Source: a virus. From it: DNA of 20,309 bases. The stretch lies in the IMG/VR virus record IMGVR_UViG_3300010379_001190, one strand, 5' to 3'. The translations under genes were made by a program, and so were the position numbers. Under the pieces are notes generated by a model that saw nothing but the letters and a program-made list of their open reading frames with translations, was not told the DNA's origin and did not search any database. Positions 1-7,475 of the stretch are shown piece by piece. Position 1 is the first letter of the stretch. Every line of letters starts with the position of its first letter.

Positions 1-393
1 ACAAACGGAGGAGGAAACCAAGATAGAAAGAAGCAAAGTAGCGGTTATACAATCTTTCGCAATTTAATACGCAAAAAATTTCCGGATGGGTTCAGAGTGC
101 TTTGTCATAATTGTAATTTTGCACATGGCATGTTGGGATATTGTCCGCACAAGTCGGGAACCAAAATCTTACCTGAAATCCCCCCAGCTGTCGTCTATCC
201 TCATTATTCAGAAAATGGACGCAAGATGCGGGGTGTTCAGAAATCGGGTTCCAGGCTGACAGATGAGGCCGTACGAAGTATAAAGGCCAGTCGAGAGACT
301 CACGCATATTTATCTCGGAAGTTTGGGGTGAGTGCCGTAGCTATTTGCAAGATCAGGAATGGCCAATTATGGGCACATATCACCCCAGCTTGA
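1..393 (+). CDS. HNH homing endonuclease, C-terminal portion (5' end lies outside the window); C-terminal HTH-like tail
   Basis: Frame 1 is open from nt 1 (TNGGGNQDRKK...). The motif ...NGGG...FRVLCHNCNFAHG parallels ...DHIHGGG...QVLCFNCNFGKG of the 7450..8157 ORF (HNH signature: DH-x-H ... LC-x-NCN). The tail LTDEAVRSIKASR..LSRKFGVSAVAICKIRNG is HTH-like. Confidence 0.6.
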   Translation, partial: TNGGGNQDRKKQSSGYTIFRNLIRKKFPDGFRVLCHNCNFAHGMLGYCPHKSGTKILPEIPPAVVYPHYSENGRKMRGVQKSGSRLTDEAVRSIKASRETHAYLSRKFGVSAVAICKIRNGQLWAHITPA

Positions 394-697
394 TGAAAGG
401 CCTCTTCGAAAGCCGTTCTTCATCGGCCTTCTCTACTTCAACCATTCTACGGGCAAATTCTTCGGTATGTTCCTCGAGGGCTTGCAAAGCTTCGGTTACC
501 CGTTTGAACTTCTCTGGATCGCCACCCGTATCGGGGTGGTGAGCAGCCAAAAGCCGTTTGGCAGATTTCTTGGCTATTTCAAGCTCTTGGCGGGCAGCTG
601 CCACTCGCTGGGATTTTGGAATCTTGGCAAGCTTCGATACGACATTGTGGGCGTCAAACCCAAGGGTCGTCCATGCGATACCAACCGACATACTCAA
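380..697 (-). CDS. J-domain-only co-chaperone (DnaJ N-terminal domain protein)
   Basis: Translation contains AKKSAKRLLAAHHPDTGGDPEKFKRVTEALQAL, a J-domain helix II/III with the invariant HPD. TTG start with an in-frame ATG 2 codons later. The antisense ORF 359..859 has no motif. Confidence 0.65.
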   Translation of the reverse strand: MSMSVGIAWTTLGFDAHNVVSKLAKIPKSQRVAAARQELEIAKKSAKRLLAAHHPDTGGDPEKFKRVTEALQALEEHTEEFARRMVEVEKADEERLSKRPFIKLG

Positions 698-855
698 AAC
701 AAACCTCTGACTGATTTCAAGCCCTTGGTTCTAGGCCGGATAACCCGAGCTTCGGTGAAAGCTATCAACTCTTCTAGAGTTGGAGCCTTACCCCGTGACT
801 TCTTGAAGTCAGCTACGGTTTGGTGGAGCTTAGTCAGAAATTCGTCATATTTCAT
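694..855 (-). CDS. Small hypothetical protein (53 aa, MKYDEFLTKLHQTVADFKKSRGKAPTLEELIAFTEARVIRPRTKGLKSVRGLF)
   Basis: ATG-initiated ORF below the track's length cutoff. Its TGA sits 2 nt before the start of the J-domain gene (ttTGAgtATG), suggesting coupling. The composition looks protein-like. Confidence 0.35.
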   Translation of the reverse strand: MKYDEFLTKLHQTVADFKKSRGKAPTLEELIAFTEARVIRPRTKGLKSVRGLF

Positions 856-899
856 GTAGCTTCAAAACACGATACAAATTATCGTAGTAAAGTGGGATC

Positions 900-1151
900 A
901 TGCAACCATATCGGATGCCAGCTAGGAATTTCAAACGTCAGCTTCCGGCTCCACGACCGGATTTCCAGGCGCTTTGGAGGATGCTAGTAGGTGTGGCCGA
1001 AGATGCCAAGAACGACCGGGTTAAGGCAATTTTGACCAATCACTCTGGCAAACAGGAATATATCTGCCGTAAATTGGGGGTCATATGTGCAGCAGATGTA
1101 GCGCGATTGGCTAAAAAATTTCACAAGCCAATTGCAGCACCCAAAGCGTAA
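900..1151 (+). CDS. Hypothetical protein with HTH-like segment (ILTNHSGKQEYICRKLGVICAADVARLAKKF)
   Basis: 83-aa ORF. The segment resembles the C-terminal HTH tail of the HNH ORF at 1..393. Confidence 0.4.
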   Translation: MQPYRMPARNFKRQLPAPRPDFQALWRMLVGVAEDAKNDRVKAILTNHSGKQEYICRKLGVICAADVARLAKKFHKPIAAPKA

Positions 1152-1342
1152 ATCTAACTGCCCCTCGTTGTAAGGAGTTTTTAGATGACGCCCATGGGCG
1201 ATTTCCCGGAGACTCGAACATCATGAAGACGCAAACGAAGACCGAAATCCGCAACAACACCGCCAAGGCGACCAAGTTGCTTCGCGGGATCGATAACTAG
1301 ACTGCCTCCATTACCAAAGCACAAAATGCCCTGAACAAGCGT

Positions 1343-1921
1343 GTGGCAACGGTGCAGAAGACAGCAGCTCAGGTGACTTCCCTCTTGGTTGGTATCTCGA
1401 ACACTGCGTTGGCCGCTCCCGTGACCGCGCCGAAGCCTGTCGCCAAGAAGCCCGCCAAGCCCGCCAAGAAAGTCACGAAGACCAAGGCTGCGAAACCAGC
1501 CAAGAAGTCCACCCCCAAGAAGGTGGCCAAGCCGGCCATGAAGGCCAAGGCAGCTCCCAAAAAGGTGGCCAAGCCTGTCGCCGCAAAGGCTCCGAAGTTG
1601 ACCAAGACTGGCGAACGGCCCCCGCTCATCTCGCTCATGAACGCGATCCTCGACAAGACGCCTGGTGTGACAGCCGCTGCGATCAATAGCGCACTCGTCG
1701 CCCAGGGGTTCAAGTTCTCGCGCCAGTCCCAATACAACCAGCTCAAGAAGACGGAGCTGTACGCGCGGACGGGTGAAGGCGCAGCGGCTACCTTCAAACG
1801 TGCTGCAGGCGCAAACTCTGCGAAGGCGGCTCCTGCCAAGGCTACCAAGACCTCGGACGAGGAAGCGGAGGCTTTCGTCGAGAAGTCGACTGCCAATCCG
1901 GTCACCGCAGCGGCGACCTAA
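1343..1921 (+). CDS. Lys/Ala/Pro-rich histone H1-like / nucleoid-associated DNA-binding protein (minimal GTG-start model; see finding on in-frame TAG upstream)
   Basis: Tandem PAKKxxK / AKPVAKK repeats (…APKPVAKKPAKPAKKVTKTKAAKPAKKSTPKKVAKPAMKAKAAPKKVAKPVAAKAPK…) typical of H1-like tails (Hc1/AlgP/BpH1-like proteins). GC-rich. The antisense ORFs are repeat artefacts. Confidence 0.6.
   Translation: MATVQKTAAQVTSLLVGISNTALAAPVTAPKPVAKKPAKPAKKVTKTKAAKPAKKSTPKKVAKPAMKAKAAPKKVAKPVAAKAPKLTKTGERPPLISLMNAILDKTPGVTAAAINSALVAQGFKFSRQSQYNQLKKTELYARTGEGAAATFKRAAGANSAKAAPAKATKTSDEEAEAFVEKSTANPVTAAAT
1426..1608 (+). repeat. Degenerate tandem 12-15 nt coding repeats (gccaagaag/cccgccaag...) encoding the AKKPAKP units
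   Basis: Directly visible iterations of gccaag/aagaag/cccgcc units. They are responsible for the long spurious antisense ORFs 1181..1972 and 1369..1905. Confidence 0.6.
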
Positions 1922-1931
1922 GACTCGGGCG

Positions 1932-1978
1932 ACATGTTTGCACCCAACTTCTCTTTGGTAGGTTGGGTGCAAACATGT
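1932..1978. terminator. Perfect 17-bp inverted repeat (acatgtttgcacccaac ... gttgggtgcaaacatgt) with 13-nt loop, 10 nt after the H1-like stop
   Basis: Seen directly. It forms a strong hairpin between two plus-strand transcription units. There is no U-tract after it, so it may be an intrinsic-terminator variant, an RNA processing site or a protein-binding site. Confidence 0.45.
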
Positions 1979-2046
1979 TGGGAAATTCTAAAAACTACGT
2001 CGTATGCGAAGGACAACGTTGTTAGACCTGCGTTGTATGCTACTTC

Positions 2047-2409
2047 ATGACCGTGGCAATCGACTCAGCTTACGAATTCGGCGGAATACCAGTATTGCGC
2101 ACATATGCCTGCCGTATCGCACGTCAACTCCTGCTCCACGCCAAACTCAAGAATGCCACAGTGGAAAGTGACCCCATTCTGGCCATAGAAGCAGACCTAG
2201 TAGAGATGGCAAAAGCGCGACTTCAGGAGTTTCTGCTGGCCTCGTTTCCTGATAACCAAAATATTGTCCGCTTGATAGCCATAGTTGCCGTCAAGAAGGT
2301 CGCAGCATCCAGAATTACGTCCGAAGATATAGATTCGGACGCTAAGAAATTCTTGCTTAGCCAGCTTGGAGATATGTCTATGGAGGATCTGATTCCACAG
2401 GTGCACTAA
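2047..2409 (+). CDS. Hypothetical protein (120 aa), first gene of a 5-gene plus-strand operon
   Basis: ORF with a 1-nt gap to the next gene (stop 2407-2409, ATG 2410). No motif recognised. Confidence 0.5.
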   Translation: MTVAIDSAYEFGGIPVLRTYACRIARQLLLHAKLKNATVESDPILAIEADLVEMAKARLQEFLLASFPDNQNIVRLIAIVAVKKVAASRITSEDIDSDAKKFLLSQLGDMSMEDLIPQVH

Positions 2410-2706
2410 ATGGAAGTCGAGTTTTTCAAATGGGAAGATTTCACTATGGCGAAGCTCCATGAGCAGATCCAGGCGAAATCGGTTAGCATCGGGTTCCAGT
2501 CCCAAGGCGTGACTGTGCGAATCCATGGCCGGCCGGGAACGGACAAAGACCGGCCTGACTATTGGACAGTCTACGCTATCTTCGAACAGGGCGGCAAAAA
2601 GCGAACAATGTCGAGGATTCTGCCACCGAAAGACGTGACTCAAGAGCTTGAAAGATCTGTCACTACGGCCAGGTCTATGATGTCAGCGTCACAACCTCCA
2701 GTCTGA
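2410..2706 (+). CDS. Hypothetical protein (98 aa)
   Basis: Its stop overlaps the next start by 1 nt (gtcTGATGg). Confidence 0.5.
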   Translation: MEVEFFKWEDFTMAKLHEQIQAKSVSIGFQSQGVTVRIHGRPGTDKDRPDYWTVYAIFEQGGKKRTMSRILPPKDVTQELERSVTTARSMMSASQPPV

Positions 2707-3158
2707 TGGGCGTCGAGATTGAGCGTCGCTTCCTGGTCATTCGGGAAAAGCTTCCAGACCTTTCAGAATGCCACTCATGGATGATGAAGCAGGCATATCT
2801 CGCACGTGACCCATGGGTCCGCATTCGAATAGTCGAAGGGAACACTCCCCAAGCAATTCTGACGGTCAAAGGCAAGGGCACGCTCACAAGGCCCGAAGTC
2901 AACTGCTCTATTCCTGTAGACAAAGCCCTCGAGATGTGGCCGATGGCTCGATGCGGGATAATCCATAAGATCCGACACAGCTGCGGACAGTGGGAAGTTG
3001 ATGAGTTTATGGATTCACTCGCCGGTCTTTGGCTCGCTGAGATAGAGCTCGCAAACGAAGACACGAAGTTCGACCGGCCAGAATGGCTTGGTCAAGAAGT
3101 GACCGAAGATATACGGTATTCGAACGCGTATATGGCAGAGCACGGTCTACCCAAGTAA
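2706..3158 (+). CDS. CYTH-domain protein (triphosphate tunnel metalloenzyme / class IV adenylate cyclase-like / thiamine triphosphatase-like)
   Basis: N-terminal MGVEIERRFLV matches the CYTH signature (M-x-EIERKFLV). The C-terminal WLAEIELANEDTKFDRPEWLGQEVTEDIRYSNAYMA matches the CYTH C-terminal acidic strand pattern (E-x-E-x-E ... EVT-x-D-x-RY-x-N). Confidence 0.65.
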   Translation: MGVEIERRFLVIREKLPDLSECHSWMMKQAYLARDPWVRIRIVEGNTPQAILTVKGKGTLTRPEVNCSIPVDKALEMWPMARCGIIHKIRHSCGQWEVDEFMDSLAGLWLAEIELANEDTKFDRPEWLGQEVTEDIRYSNAYMAEHGLPK

Positions 3159-3211
3159 AGTCTCTTGTGGACTTGAATCTGGCGAGCGCTCTCATGTCGG
3201 TGAGGGTTGCA

Positions 3212-3775
3212 ATGAAGGAAACTGCGGACAGGTCGTCCTTCCGCCGACTCCAGCTCTATTCAGAAGACGTGAAGTGCAAGCCCGGGTGCTCGGCGTGTTG
3301 CAATAGGCAGGTCTACATCACAGTTGCGGAAGCGCTCATCATCCAAGATCATCTCGAAAAGTCGGGTGAATGGCCGATAGTGGAGCAGCGGGCACGTGCC
3401 GTAATGATCATAGCTAGAGATGCACCGGCCGTAAGCTGGTTCAAGATGAACATTATGTGCCCAGTACTTGATCCGCTCTCCCGACTGTGCACGGCATATG
3501 AAGTAAGGCCTTCACCATGCTCCGTTCATTTCGTGCGCTCGGACCCCACTCAATGCGACCCGTGGGCCATGACCAGCTCGAAATATGATCCTGTGGATTT
3601 TACGGATCTACACGATCAGTTTCGGCAGACGCTCGAAAAAGTCATTGATGGGTATGGAATCTTAGCACTCAAATTCCCCATGCCGATTGCATTGGTATTC
3701 GCGTCCCGAGTCAAAATGCAGTCAAATCTTGGCCCGAATGAGATAGTTAATCTCATTTTCAACGAACTGCAATGA
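3212..3775 (+). CDS. YkgJ/UPF0153-like putative Fe-S or Zn-chelating Cys-cluster protein
   Basis: CKPGCSACCNRQVYIT cluster plus downstream CPVLD…CTAYEVRPSPCSVHF (the C…YE-x-RP-xx-C pattern of the family). The start is taken at ATG 3212, preceded by GAGGG at -10; ATG 3194 is the alternative. The track ORF from 3083 overlaps the CYTH gene. Confidence 0.5.
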   Translation: MKETADRSSFRRLQLYSEDVKCKPGCSACCNRQVYITVAEALIIQDHLEKSGEWPIVEQRARAVMIIARDAPAVSWFKMNIMCPVLDPLSRLCTAYEVRPSPCSVHFVRSDPTQCDPWAMTSSKYDPVDFTDLHDQFRQTLEKVIDGYGILALKFPMPIALVFASRVKMQSNLGPNEIVNLIFNELQ

Positions 3776-3996
3776 ACTGCGAATACTGCGCTCGACCAGC
3801 ACGTCCGCGAGAGGGGCTAGAGGATACCGCTGTGTGCGATTCATGCTATTCTTTGCTGCAGAATCCAGTGACGGCGCTGCCGCTCATACGTGGGCATTTG
3901 ACGCTGACATTGCGTGGTACAATGCCGGACGCCGAGCTCAAGAAAAAGATCGACGCCTTTATGCAGATGATTTCCGGCTGGAAAAGGCCCGGATGA
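3772..3996 (+). CDS. Small zinc-ribbon protein (CxxC…CxxC)
   Basis: MNCEYCARP…VCDSCYSLL gives two CxxC pairs. ATGA overlap with the upstream gene. Its stop forms TGATCA with the stop of the convergent sigma gene. Confidence 0.45.
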   Translation: MNCEYCARPARPREGLEDTAVCDSCYSLLQNPVTALPLIRGHLTLTLRGTMPDAELKKKIDAFMQMISGWKRPG

Positions 3997-4662
3997 TCAG
4001 GGTGCGGCGTTAGCACGTAGTAGATTTTGGACCTGCGCGCGAATGTCGCGTATTGTCTTGCTTGAAACTTTTCGACTACCCCACGAGAGCGCTTCGCGGA
4101 TGATGTCGGGGTTGGCACCAGAGCGGGCAACGCGTAGATAGCGAGCCACGTCCCACATCCCCTTCTTGCGGAGAGTCGATTCGACTTCTTCCATGTGCTC
4201 TGTAAGCGCATCGGTGGCCAGCGGGTCAGGGGCTGCCACATCAATTGTATCGAGCATTGTGCGACTATCGTCGGTGCTGTGCGGAGCGTCGATTGAATCG
4301 CGTTCCTTATCGTAGCGTTTGCGACGATGCACGAGGTTGATGCACACGTTGTTAGCCACCATATAGACGTAGTGGCCAAAGCTTGATTTGCGCGGGTCGT
4401 GAGCACTCCGCGTGTAGTTCTTGTGGATGATGGCGACGTAGACTTCTTGGATCAGCTCTTCCATAGGCACATCTTCAACCTTGAAGAACTTGTGCACTAT
4501 GCGAATGATATCCTTCTCTTTAGCGACGACATCAACGCCCAGTTGGGTCTTTTTGTCATCTTCTGCTAGTCGCGGCCACGGTAACCTATCCGGAACTTTC
4601 TTGAGGGGTTTGCCCGGGACTTGAATGGTTTTCGCCCGTTGTCCACCGCTTACAACAGTCAT
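3997..4662 (-). CDS. Sigma-70 family (ECF-like) RNA polymerase sigma factor
   Basis: Region 2 reads EELIQEVYVAIIHKNYTRSAHDPRKSSFGHYVYMVANNVCINLVHRRKRY (ECF consensus LvQEtf…sF.tWL..IarN..id.lRrr). A C-terminal region-4-like HTH is present (DIIREALSWGSRKVSSKTIRDIRAQV). The start is chosen at ATG 4662 (MTVVSGG…) behind GGAGGA at -8; the ORF is open up to 4695. Confidence 0.7.
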   Translation of the reverse strand: MTVVSGGQRAKTIQVPGKPLKKVPDRLPWPRLAEDDKKTQLGVDVVAKEKDIIRIVHKFFKVEDVPMEELIQEVYVAIIHKNYTRSAHDPRKSSFGHYVYMVANNVCINLVHRRKRYDKERDSIDAPHSTDDSRTMLDTIDVAAPDPLATDALTEHMEEVESTLRKKGMWDVARYLRVARSGANPDIIREALSWGSRKVSSKTIRDIRAQVQNLLRANAAP

Positions 4663-4726
4663 TATCGATATCCTCCGACTGCGAGGATTCATCATCCCCG
4701 CCCACCAGTCGCCTCAGTCGCACAAT

Positions 4727-4754
4727 TTGCGGACTGATCTATGCAGTCTAACAT
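4727..4754 (+). promoter_or_regulatory. Candidate sigma-70-type promoter (TTGCGG-16nt-TAACAT) for the plus-strand genes starting at 4785, in the divergent region shared with the sigma gene
   Basis: Hexamers and spacing read directly from sequence; the match to consensus is weak. Confidence 0.2.
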
Positions 4755-4784
4755 GCCAATTGAGTCGATGCAAGGCCGCTTGTA

Positions 4785-5366
4785 ATGTCTAAAAACATGG
4801 AAGGCAAGCTTGATTTCCTCCGGGAATGTATGTCGGACCCGGCATTGGTGCAGCGCCCCATACCTATTGACCAATTTGGAAAGGCATTTTGCATAGTCTG
4901 CGCCTACAAGCCCTGCGTCCGGAGCAGGGCCAACACCATGTTGTTTACTGAAAGAGTTGCCAATTGGGAAGACCGAATGTTCCGGAAAGTCCCAAGGGCG
5001 CCAGAAAATGATGAGAGATACGCTCAAATACGGGGCAAACGCTTCTTAACCGTAGAGGAGCCCCTCATAGTCAATACCGATCCGGAAAGTGTTCCAACTG
5101 TGGAGCAACCACCGGAAGCCCCCGTACATTCCACACCCCCACAACCTACGAAACCTCCCATTCAAATAATTCCCGTTCCGCCGGCGGCCGCTCCTTTGGT
5201 TATGACGCAACAGTCTCCGCCCGTTGCCGCACCGCATCAGGGAGAGCCTACCCTCAACAACACCCCATTCCAAGGCGGAATTGTACTCCCAGGCAAACCC
5301 GAGGACAAGAAAGAGGACCAGTTTGTAGAGCCTGGTTCGACTTTCACATTCGGTGAAGACGAATGA
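4785..5366 (+). CDS. Hypothetical protein with Pro-rich C-terminal half
   Basis: 193-aa ORF. Contains a CIVCAYKPC cluster followed by PPEAPVHSTPPQPTKPPIQIIPVPPAAAP. ATGA overlap with the next gene. Confidence 0.5.
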   Translation: MSKNMEGKLDFLRECMSDPALVQRPIPIDQFGKAFCIVCAYKPCVRSRANTMLFTERVANWEDRMFRKVPRAPENDERYAQIRGKRFLTVEEPLIVNTDPESVPTVEQPPEAPVHSTPPQPTKPPIQIIPVPPAAAPLVMTQQSPPVAAPHQGEPTLNNTPFQGGIVLPGKPEDKKEDQFVEPGSTFTFGEDE

Positions 5367-6235
5367 GCAAGAAGATAAAGAAGGCCCCGCCCATTACCAC
5401 ATCTTGGGGCGAGGATATATTTGCTCTAGTGGCAGCGCAGAAGCTCGGGTCTAAGAAGCTTGCTCAGTCTGCCGAACAAACAATAGAGAGACGCTATAGG
5501 CTCGAGCTCCGAGAGAAATTTCAAAAAGACGAAAGAGTCCACAAAGCGCTTGTGGAATCAGCCGAATGTTTGCTCACAGACGGCACGTTTGAGTCTATCT
5601 GTGGACTGGTAAAAGACTTGATTCGGGTCGGAACTGAAGAAATTTTCTTCGGAATCTTGCACGAACTTCTTGAAGAGCTCGATGCGATGCACAATCGCGA
5701 ACCATCGGCTTATCTAATTGCCAATTCGGATGGCAAAGTGCTGATGCCGATCAGCGCCAAGGATATCTATACGCCTCCGCCATACGTTGGCGAAGATGGG
5801 ATTACCCGTCCAGCCAAGCCGATACTGCATCCAGCGATATCTGCCCCGCTCATCATGTTGGCTCACGAGAAGGGCCGAAAAAGCGAAGCCATCGAACGAG
5901 CCGTTGAAGCTGGTTCCCCAGCAGCAGTTGAGCATCTCATCCAGGGTCCAGAAAGTATTCTCGAGCGTGCGCGGATCCTTCTCCAACATCAAGGCATTGA
6001 GGTTGAACCTATTGATGCGGGTACCACTCAAACAGTCGAAGTTGGTAGAGAGCGTGTAGATGATATGCTACAGGCTCCGAATTATGGATTTCACCGTTCT
6101 CAGATGTACGGGTCCCTCCTTGCAAAGAAGGTCATCGACTTGCTACAGGGGCGTCGCAAGTGTGATTTGAAATCAGCTACTCTGAAAAAGGGTTCGAAAG
6201 AACAGTGGTATTCTGTAGTTCTAATGCTACCTTAG
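5363..6235 (+). CDS. Hypothetical protein (290 aa)
   Basis: Long ORF, translationally coupled on both sides. No motif recognised. Confidence 0.55.
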   Translation: MSKKIKKAPPITTSWGEDIFALVAAQKLGSKKLAQSAEQTIERRYRLELREKFQKDERVHKALVESAECLLTDGTFESICGLVKDLIRVGTEEIFFGILHELLEELDAMHNREPSAYLIANSDGKVLMPISAKDIYTPPPYVGEDGITRPAKPILHPAISAPLIMLAHEKGRKSEAIERAVEAGSPAAVEHLIQGPESILERARILLQHQGIEVEPIDAGTTQTVEVGRERVDDMLQAPNYGFHRSQMYGSLLAKKVIDLLQGRRKCDLKSATLKKGSKEQWYSVVLMLP

Positions 6236-6238
6236 AAT

Positions 6239-6928
6239 ATGCGCTGGACAATTTATTGTCATACCCACATTGCAACTGGGCGTCGGTACATTGGGCTCAC
6301 CAAAATGAGCATGATGAAACGATGGAATAGGCATGTTTATTCATCAAAAAGCTCGAAAGACGGATTTAGGAACAACTATCGATTTGCGAATGCAATTCGT
6401 AAATACGGGAAAGAAGCCTTTATCCATGAAGAATTAGCTCAGTGTAGAACTCTAGAAGATGCTAACTTAACTGAGGAAGCGGTCATACTTCAGTATGACG
6501 CCCGAAATCCCGAGAAGGGATTTAATGTCATGCGAGGCGGATTGTCCATCCCAAATTCTATTCGTAAAAATCCGTGGAATGATCCTGTCTATCGTGCAAA
6601 ACAAATATTAGTAAATTCAGATCCGGCTGTGAGAAAGAGAAAAAGAGACGCCGCAAACCGCATTTCTCCGGAACTTCGGCAATTGTTAAATAACAAACTA
6701 CGTGGTAGGAAGCTTAGTCATCAGTCAATAGCAAACCTGAAATTGTTCTATGAAAAGAAGTATAAAAAACGAGCATTGGAACCTATCAAATTCCGATGCA
6801 AGAAGCATGGAAATTGTGGGTTCCGCATGAAACGACGAGCGAATGGCAGGTGCTTTCCAAAATGTGTGGAATGCCATAAGGAATATATGAAAGTCTACAA
6901 CCTTAGCCACCTGAGGGAAGGGCTTTAG
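6239..6928 (+). CDS. GIY-YIG homing endonuclease (Seg/I-Tev-like)
   Basis: N-terminus WTIYCHTHIATGRRYIGLTKMS…RWNRH is the GIY-(10-11)-YIG…R…H motif. The C-terminal region is basic with repeated DNA-binding-like modules. The composition is AT-rich relative to neighbours. Confidence 0.8.
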   Translation: MRWTIYCHTHIATGRRYIGLTKMSMMKRWNRHVYSSKSSKDGFRNNYRFANAIRKYGKEAFIHEELAQCRTLEDANLTEEAVILQYDARNPEKGFNVMRGGLSIPNSIRKNPWNDPVYRAKQILVNSDPAVRKRKRDAANRISPELRQLLNNKLRGRKLSHQSIANLKLFYEKKYKKRALEPIKFRCKKHGNCGFRMKRRANGRCFPKCVECHKEYMKVYNLSHLREGL

Positions 6929-7475
6929 GCTGTCTCTCTTCCCATCGGGCGTAATCCTCAAGCACGCATTGGAGCACGCACGCGAGGGCCCATTGGAACT
7001 CAGCCACTCCGGCAATGTGTGCTTGCTTTTGAATCCCTTCCATAACCTTCAGAATATCATCGACGCGGCACCGCCACCGGAAATCAATGTAGACCCCGAG
7101 CGGAAGCATCGGAATAATATCGGACGGGTCCTTGAGAAAAACTGTCAGCCGCTCATAGATCTCTAGAAGCTGCTGTAACCAACCTCGGACTGCAGTGTTT
7201 ACCTGTGTGGCGCCTCCCGACGATCCGCCAAGTATGTTCATTCGCTCAGTCGTTACTTGTGGCATCCACACAGCCACTGGCTGATGAATGCGTGGATGAT
7301 CAATAAGACCAGCGGCAAGTAGCTGCGGGATTACTGCCTGGAAAAGACAGCACGGCATCGTAATGTCCAGCGATGCTTGGCGAGATGCAAAGTCGCGGGC
7401 TGCGAACTCCACTTGTCCGTGCTCGAAGAATCTGGTGTCATCTTGGGGCTCAATCTTTCTTTCCATCAAAATCAA
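6903..7475 (-). CDS. Hypothetical protein (190 aa), sandwiched between and overlapping two homing-endonuclease genes
   Basis: ORF only; no motif recognised. It overlaps the GIY-YIG 3' end by 26 nt and the HNH 3' end by 26 nt. Confidence 0.45.
   Translation of the reverse strand: MILMERKIEPQDDTRFFEHGQVEFAARDFASRQASLDITMPCCLFQAVIPQLLAAGLIDHPRIHQPVAVWMPQVTTERMNILGGSSGGATQVNTAVRGWLQQLLEIYERLTVFLKDPSDIIPMLPLGVYIDFRWRCRVDDILKVMEGIQKQAHIAGVAEFQWALACVLQCVLEDYARWEERQPKALPSGG

Noticed and set aside
359-859. 166-aa plus-strand ORF
   Set aside because: It is antisense to the J-domain gene, which has an HPD motif, and to the small 694..855 ORF. No motif, and an odd composition.
1223-1921. Genome-wide TAG (amber) codon reassignment as explanation for the in-frame TAG
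   Set aside because: The polymerase and DnaC-like genes end at TAG. All other long genes are uninterrupted under the standard code. A single in-frame TAG is better explained by a local cause (read-through, nonsense allele, or error).
1181-1972. Long minus-strand ORFs (263 aa and 178 aa) covering the H1-like gene
   Set aside because: Their translations are low-complexity (RLGxLGxL…, AAAVTPG…), generated by the antisense of the GC-rich AKKPAKP coding repeats. The plus-strand protein has a recognisable H1-like repeat structure.
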